From the NCBI GenBank assembly GCA_951813605.1, contig OX638379.1, positions 684,830 through 748,829 of the forward strand: a DNA stretch of 64,000 bases, in the 5' to 3' direction. Shown here one piece after another: positions 59,906 through 64,000 of this stretch; position 1 is the stretch's first letter, and each line of letters starts with the position of its first letter. The notes beneath the pieces are model-generated. The model was not told the origin of the DNA and made no database searches. It worked only from the letters and a program-made list of their open reading frames with translations. A program made the position numbers and the translations under genes. Source of the DNA: an uncultured Bryobacterales bacterium (GTDB lineage Bacteria; Acidobacteriota; Terriglobia; Bryobacterales; UBA6623).

Positions 59906-62554
59906 GTGACACGATTGGCAGCAGCCGTGCTTATTGCAGCCTGTTCATTGTCAGGTGCCGACACGCGCTTCTTCGAGACAAAGGTGCGTCCGCTGCTTGC
60001 AGCGAAATGCTTTGCCTGCCACACCCAATCGCAGATGAGCGGCCTGCGACTGGATTCGTTAGAAGGGGTCTTGCAAGGCGGCTCGCGTGGTCCGGCAGTG
60101 GTGCCGGGCGATCCGGCAAGCAGTCTCTTGCTGACTGCAGTGAGGCGCGAGAGAGACGACCTAAAGATGCCCCCGACCGAGCCTCTGGGCTCGGACGAAA
60201 TAGCGATTCTCGAAGAGTGGATCGCGGGGGGCGCTACTTGGCCAAACGCTGATCCGGCGGTTTCGGCTAGTCCGAAGCTCAGTGCCGAAGCCCGCGAGTT
60301 CTGGGCGTTCAAGCCGGTGCAAAGGCCTGAGGTTCCCGGAGGGGAGGCCAACGGGGCCATCGACGCGTTCCTAACTGCGAGAATGCAGGACGAAGGGCTG
60401 GAACCGGCGCCTCCGGCCGACAAGCACAGGCTGATTCGACGCGCGACGCTCGGCCTCCTCGGACTCCCTCCCACGCCGGAGGAGGTCGCTTCGTTTCTGG
60501 CCGATAAATCGCCCCAAGCGTATCCGAGACTCATCGACCGTCTGTTGGAGTCGCCACAGTACGGCGAGCGCATGGCTAGGCGATGGCTCGACCTCGCACG
60601 ATATGCGGACGGGCAATCCGCCGCGTATGTCGACACGCCTCTACCAAATGCCTGGCGCTACCGCGACTGGGTTGTCGACGCATTCAATCGCGACTTGCCA
60701 TACGACCGATTCGTCCTTGCGCAACTCGCCGCCGACCTCCTTCCCGAAAAGGAGCGCGAGACGAATCTTGCTGCCTTGGGATTTCACGCTCTGCGCGACC
60801 GCGATGATGACCGGGTCGAGGTGACAGGGCGGGCGTTTCTGGGTCTTACGATCGGTTGCGCACAGTGTCACGACCACAAGTTCGACCCCATCCCGCAAAC
60901 CGACTACTACGCCTTGCAGGGAGTGTTCGATAGCACCGAGGCCTACCACCACCCGCTTGCGCCCGACAAGCAAGTCGAGGAGTACGAGTCGGCACAGAAG
61001 AAAGTGCAAGACCAGAAGCTTGCGATCGATCTCTTCTTGGAAAAGGAGCGCGGCCAACTCATCGATGTCCTGATGGAGCAGACGGCTGAGTTCCTAGAGG
61101 CCAGCTATCAGGTCGTCCGGGGTAACGCTCAGTCTTCGCGGGTTGCGGACGAGGCGGATTTGGATCATCAGACCCTCGAGCGCTGGATTGCGTACTTGGA
61201 TTCACGCCCGCACGACCACCCGTACCTCGACGACTGGTACGCCTTGCTCGATCGGGACTGCTCGCTTGAAGAGGTGCGAGAGGAGGCTGCCGAATTCGAG
61301 CAAGTCCTGCTGGACATACATCGCGACAAGCTGGCGGTTGATGACAGAAACTATGTCAAGCTCGGCGGCTCCGAGGGTTCGCGGACTCAACGCACTCTGC
61401 TGAACACGAACCTCGACTTCCTGGAGCCTGTTCGCTATTACCTTTGGCGCGACATGGCCACCGCTCCTAGGAAAAAGCGCGGCCTGCCGTTCGCAGGCGG
61501 CGTCTACTATTACAGCCCGACGGAGATCGAGCGATTCCTGAGCGGCGTCTGGATCCGGCATCTCGAGAATCAAAGGGTCGAACTGAAACGCTTGGAGGCA
61601 CAAGTTCCCCCGCCATACCCCTTCGTGCATGCTTACCGCGAAGGCGATGACCCGAAAGACGCTCGCCTCGCGATCCGCGGTGACAAAAAGAATCTCGGGC
61701 CTTCCGTGCCCCGGCGCTTCCTCTCGGTGCTGACTCGAGGCGAGCCCGAGCCGTTCGCTAACGGCAGCGGGCGGCTCGAGCTTGCTCGCGCGATCGCCTC
61801 GCCGGAAAACCCGTTAACGGCGCGGGTCTTCGTCAATCGCCTCTGGCAGTGGCGTTTCGGGCGCGGCCTAGTCTCGACCGCCAGCAACTTCGGCCAGCTG
61901 GGCGAGCGCGCCACGCATCCTGAATTGCTGGACTGGCTGGCAGCGGAGTTCGTCGAGTCGGGCTGGTCGATCAAGGCCCTCGACCGGGCGATCGTGCAAT
62001 CGGACGCCTATCGGCGGAGCTCCAAGATCTTGGCTGTCAATCAGGAGGTTGACGCGGACAACAAGCTCCATTGGAGGTTCAGCCCCGTCCAGCGTCTGGA
62101 TGCCGAAACCCTGCGGGACTCGATGCTGGCCGTGTCGGGGCAGCTCGACCTTGCGAGGGGAGGCGTGCCGAGGGCATTCGAGGAAGGGCATTTCCGCCGA
62201 GCGCTGTACGGCAAGGTAGACCGGACGAATCCCGATCCCTTCATGGCGCTGTTCGACTTTCCTGATGCCAAGAGCCATGGCGCAGCGCGCGACGCCACTG
62301 TGGGGCCGCTTCAACGGCTGTATTTCATTAACAATCCGTTTGTCATGGAGCAGTCGAGGGCCTTGGCGCAGCGCCTTTCCGACGATGCGGGCACTGTCAC
62401 TGAGGCGCGAATCGGGCGCGCCTACGATCTGCTCTTCGGCCGGCCGCCAACTGCGTCGGAGATTGCCTTTGCGAGCGCCTACCTCGAGTCCGACGGCTGG
62501 GAGCAGTACTGCCAGGCGTTGCTGGCCTCGAGCGAATTCCTTACGATACGGTGA
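59906..62554 (+). CDS. Planctomycete-type cytochrome c / DUF1549 / DUF1553 (PSCyt1-PSCyt2-PSD1) protein
   Basis: CFACH and CAQCHDHKFDP heme motifs; YGER.AR.WLDLARYAD, NPLTARVFVNRLWQ, HPELLDWLA. Confidence 0.93.
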   Translation: MTRLAAAVLIAACSLSGADTRFFETKVRPLLAAKCFACHTQSQMSGLRLDSLEGVLQGGSRGPAVVPGDPASSLLLTAVRRERDDLKMPPTEPLGSDEIAILEEWIAGGATWPNADPAVSASPKLSAEAREFWAFKPVQRPEVPGGEANGAIDAFLTARMQDEGLEPAPPADKHRLIRRATLGLLGLPPTPEEVASFLADKSPQAYPRLIDRLLESPQYGERMARRWLDLARYADGQSAAYVDTPLPNAWRYRDWVVDAFNRDLPYDRFVLAQLAADLLPEKERETNLAALGFHALRDRDDDRVEVTGRAFLGLTIGCAQCHDHKFDPIPQTDYYALQGVFDSTEAYHHPLAPDKQVEEYESAQKKVQDQKLAIDLFLEKERGQLIDVLMEQTAEFLEASYQVVRGNAQSSRVADEADLDHQTLERWIAYLDSRPHDHPYLDDWYALLDRDCSLEEVREEAAEFEQVLLDIHRDKLAVDDRNYVKLGGSEGSRTQRTLLNTNLDFLEPVRYYLWRDMATAPRKKRGLPFAGGVYYYSPTEIERFLSGVWIRHLENQRVELKRLEAQVPPPYPFVHAYREGDDPKDARLAIRGDKKNLGPSVPRRFLSVLTRGEPEPFANGSGRLELARAIASPENPLTARVFVNRLWQWRFGRGLVSTASNFGQLGERATHPELLDWLAAEFVESGWSIKALDRAIVQSDAYRRSSKILAVNQEVDADNKLHWRFSPVQRLDAETLRDSMLAVSGQLDLARGGVPRAFEEGHFRRALYGKVDRTNPDPFMALFDFPDAKSHGAARDATVGPLQRLYFINNPFVMEQSRALAQRLSDDAGTVTEARIGRAYDLLFGRPPTASEIAFASAYLESDGWEQYCQALLASSEFLTIR

Positions 62555-63927
62555 ATCCAATGCTCCTCACGCGTAGAGCGACACTGCGAATCCTCGGTGC
62601 CGGTTTCGGGGTTGTCGGCATGGCCGATGGCCTGAGGGCCGCGGCGGGCACAACGCCTCATTTCGCGGCTAAGGCCAAGCGCGTCATCTTCCTTTACCTC
62701 AACGGTGGGGTTTCCCATGTAGACACGTTCGACCACAAGCCGGCGCTGGCCAAATTCGACGGCCAGCCGATGCCGGGGCCAAAGATCAAGACGGATCGCG
62801 CGTCCGGCGGCCTGATGAAGTCGCCGTTCGAATTCAAGCGACACGGGGAAAGCGGCATCGAGGTCAGCGACATTTTCCCGCGAGTGGGCTCAGGTATCGA
62901 CGATTTCCTCGTCGTGCGCTCGATGTGGTCAGAGAGCGTCAACCACTTGCCGTCGATGCTGATGATGAACACCGGGCATGCCTTGCGCGGCGGCTCGCGT
63001 CCGTCTTTCGGCTCGTGGATCGTGTACGGGCTGGGCACGGACAACCGCAACTTGCCGGGCTTTGTCGTGCTCTGTCCCGGCACGCCGGTCGGTGCCTCCC
63101 GTAACTGGTCGTCCTCGTTCCTGCCGACGGCGTTTCAAGGAGCCTTGATACGCAACAACGCAGAAACGCCTGACAAGGTGATCCAAAACATCGCCAATTC
63201 GACCTATACCCACGACCAGCAGCGCCGGCAACTCGATCTCCTTGACCGACTCGATTCCTCGTTCCTCGATCGCGTGGGGTTCGACCCTAGACTCGAGGCC
63301 AATCTCGAATCGATGGAGACGGCGTTCCGGATGCAAACCGAAGCACCGGGGATATTCGACCTCGCCAAGGAGCCGGAGCACGTGCGGGCCCGGTACGGCG
63401 ACGGGGAATTCGGGCGCGGCTGCTTGATGGCGCTGCGTCTAGCGGAAGCGGGCGTCCGGGTTGTGCAGGTCTACTATGGCGACGGCCAACCCTGGGACAG
63501 CCACGACGACATCTTGACCCAGAAGGCCCACGCGCAGCGCTCCGACGCCCCGATCGCGGCTTTGGTCGAGGACCTTAAGTTACGGGGCATGCTGGACGAG
63601 ACGCTGGTTATCGTCGGCAGCGAGTTCGGCAGGACACCCATGATCCAGAATTCCGGAACTGAGAAGGTGGGTCGCGGCCGCGACCACAATCCCCCGGGCT
63701 ATTCGATCCTGCTCGCGGGCGGCGGCATCCGCGGCGGCCAGACTTACGGTTCGACCGATGACTTCGGTTACAAGGCGGCTGAGAACCCCGTCACGCCGCA
63801 CGACCTCCACGCGACCGCGCTGCACCTTCTGGGTATGGACCACACAAAGCTAACTTACCGCTACAGCGGGCGGGATTTCCGGCTTACCGACATCCACGGC
63901 ACCGTTGTTTCGGATTGGATCGCCTAG
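62551..63927 (+). CDS. DUF1501 family protein
   Basis: TRR leader; KAKRVIFL..GG.SHVDTFD.KP, WDSH, EFGRTP, GRDHNP, DLHAT.LHLLG; GTGA overlap with the DUF1553 gene. Confidence 0.93.
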   Translation: MNPMLLTRRATLRILGAGFGVVGMADGLRAAAGTTPHFAAKAKRVIFLYLNGGVSHVDTFDHKPALAKFDGQPMPGPKIKTDRASGGLMKSPFEFKRHGESGIEVSDIFPRVGSGIDDFLVVRSMWSESVNHLPSMLMMNTGHALRGGSRPSFGSWIVYGLGTDNRNLPGFVVLCPGTPVGASRNWSSSFLPTAFQGALIRNNAETPDKVIQNIANSTYTHDQQRRQLDLLDRLDSSFLDRVGFDPRLEANLESMETAFRMQTEAPGIFDLAKEPEHVRARYGDGEFGRGCLMALRLAEAGVRVVQVYYGDGQPWDSHDDILTQKAHAQRSDAPIAALVEDLKLRGMLDETLVIVGSEFGRTPMIQNSGTEKVGRGRDHNPPGYSILLAGGGIRGGQTYGSTDDFGYKAAENPVTPHDLHATALHLLGMDHTKLTYRYSGRDFRLTDIHGTVVSDWIA

Positions 63928-64000
63928 ATCATGGTCTGCCATCGGTGCCGAAAGTCTGTAGGCGCGGCGCTGGATGGAGTGCGGCGCCTGTCGTTGGCAG

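Noticed and set aside
1-64000. CRISPR array, tRNA, rRNA or known riboswitch
   Set aside because: No regularly spaced repeats or recognisable structural RNA signatures seen by eye; an Infernal/Rfam scan would be needed to exclude them fully

Overview
GC-rich bacterial window, most consistent with Acidobacteriota (Bryobacterales-like). The basis is dispersed ADOP-type orphan ABC permeases, an Oar-like TonB-dependent receptor remnant, a DUF1549/DUF1553 + DUF1501 pair, and many Tat- or Sec-exported oxidoreductases and hydrolases (two sulfatases, two Gfo/Idh/MocA, an amidohydrolase, a penicillin acylase, two PHP-fold metallohydrolases). Regulatory modules are a YtrA/GntR-ABC-serine hydrolase operon with a perfect operator palindrome and an ECF sigma / zinc anti-sigma / 'mini-secretin' triad lying between two ~0.5 kb direct repeats. 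Accessory and eroding DNA includes a decayed island at ~21.6-25.1 kb (dinJ-yafQ, a zeta-like ATPase, an HI1419/HI1420-type toxin-antitoxin pair, a broken Cre-like integrase), an apparently intact IS1634-family element with a strong internal GC-skew inversion, an older IS1634 remnant and several pseudogenes. The best candidates for undescribed systems are the ECF/anti-sigma/mini-secretin module, the metallophosphoesterase-sulfatase-YHYH operon with Arg-rich tags, and the polarity-switched IS. No rRNA, tRNA or CRISPR array was seen. All family calls come from motif recognition by eye, not database searches.
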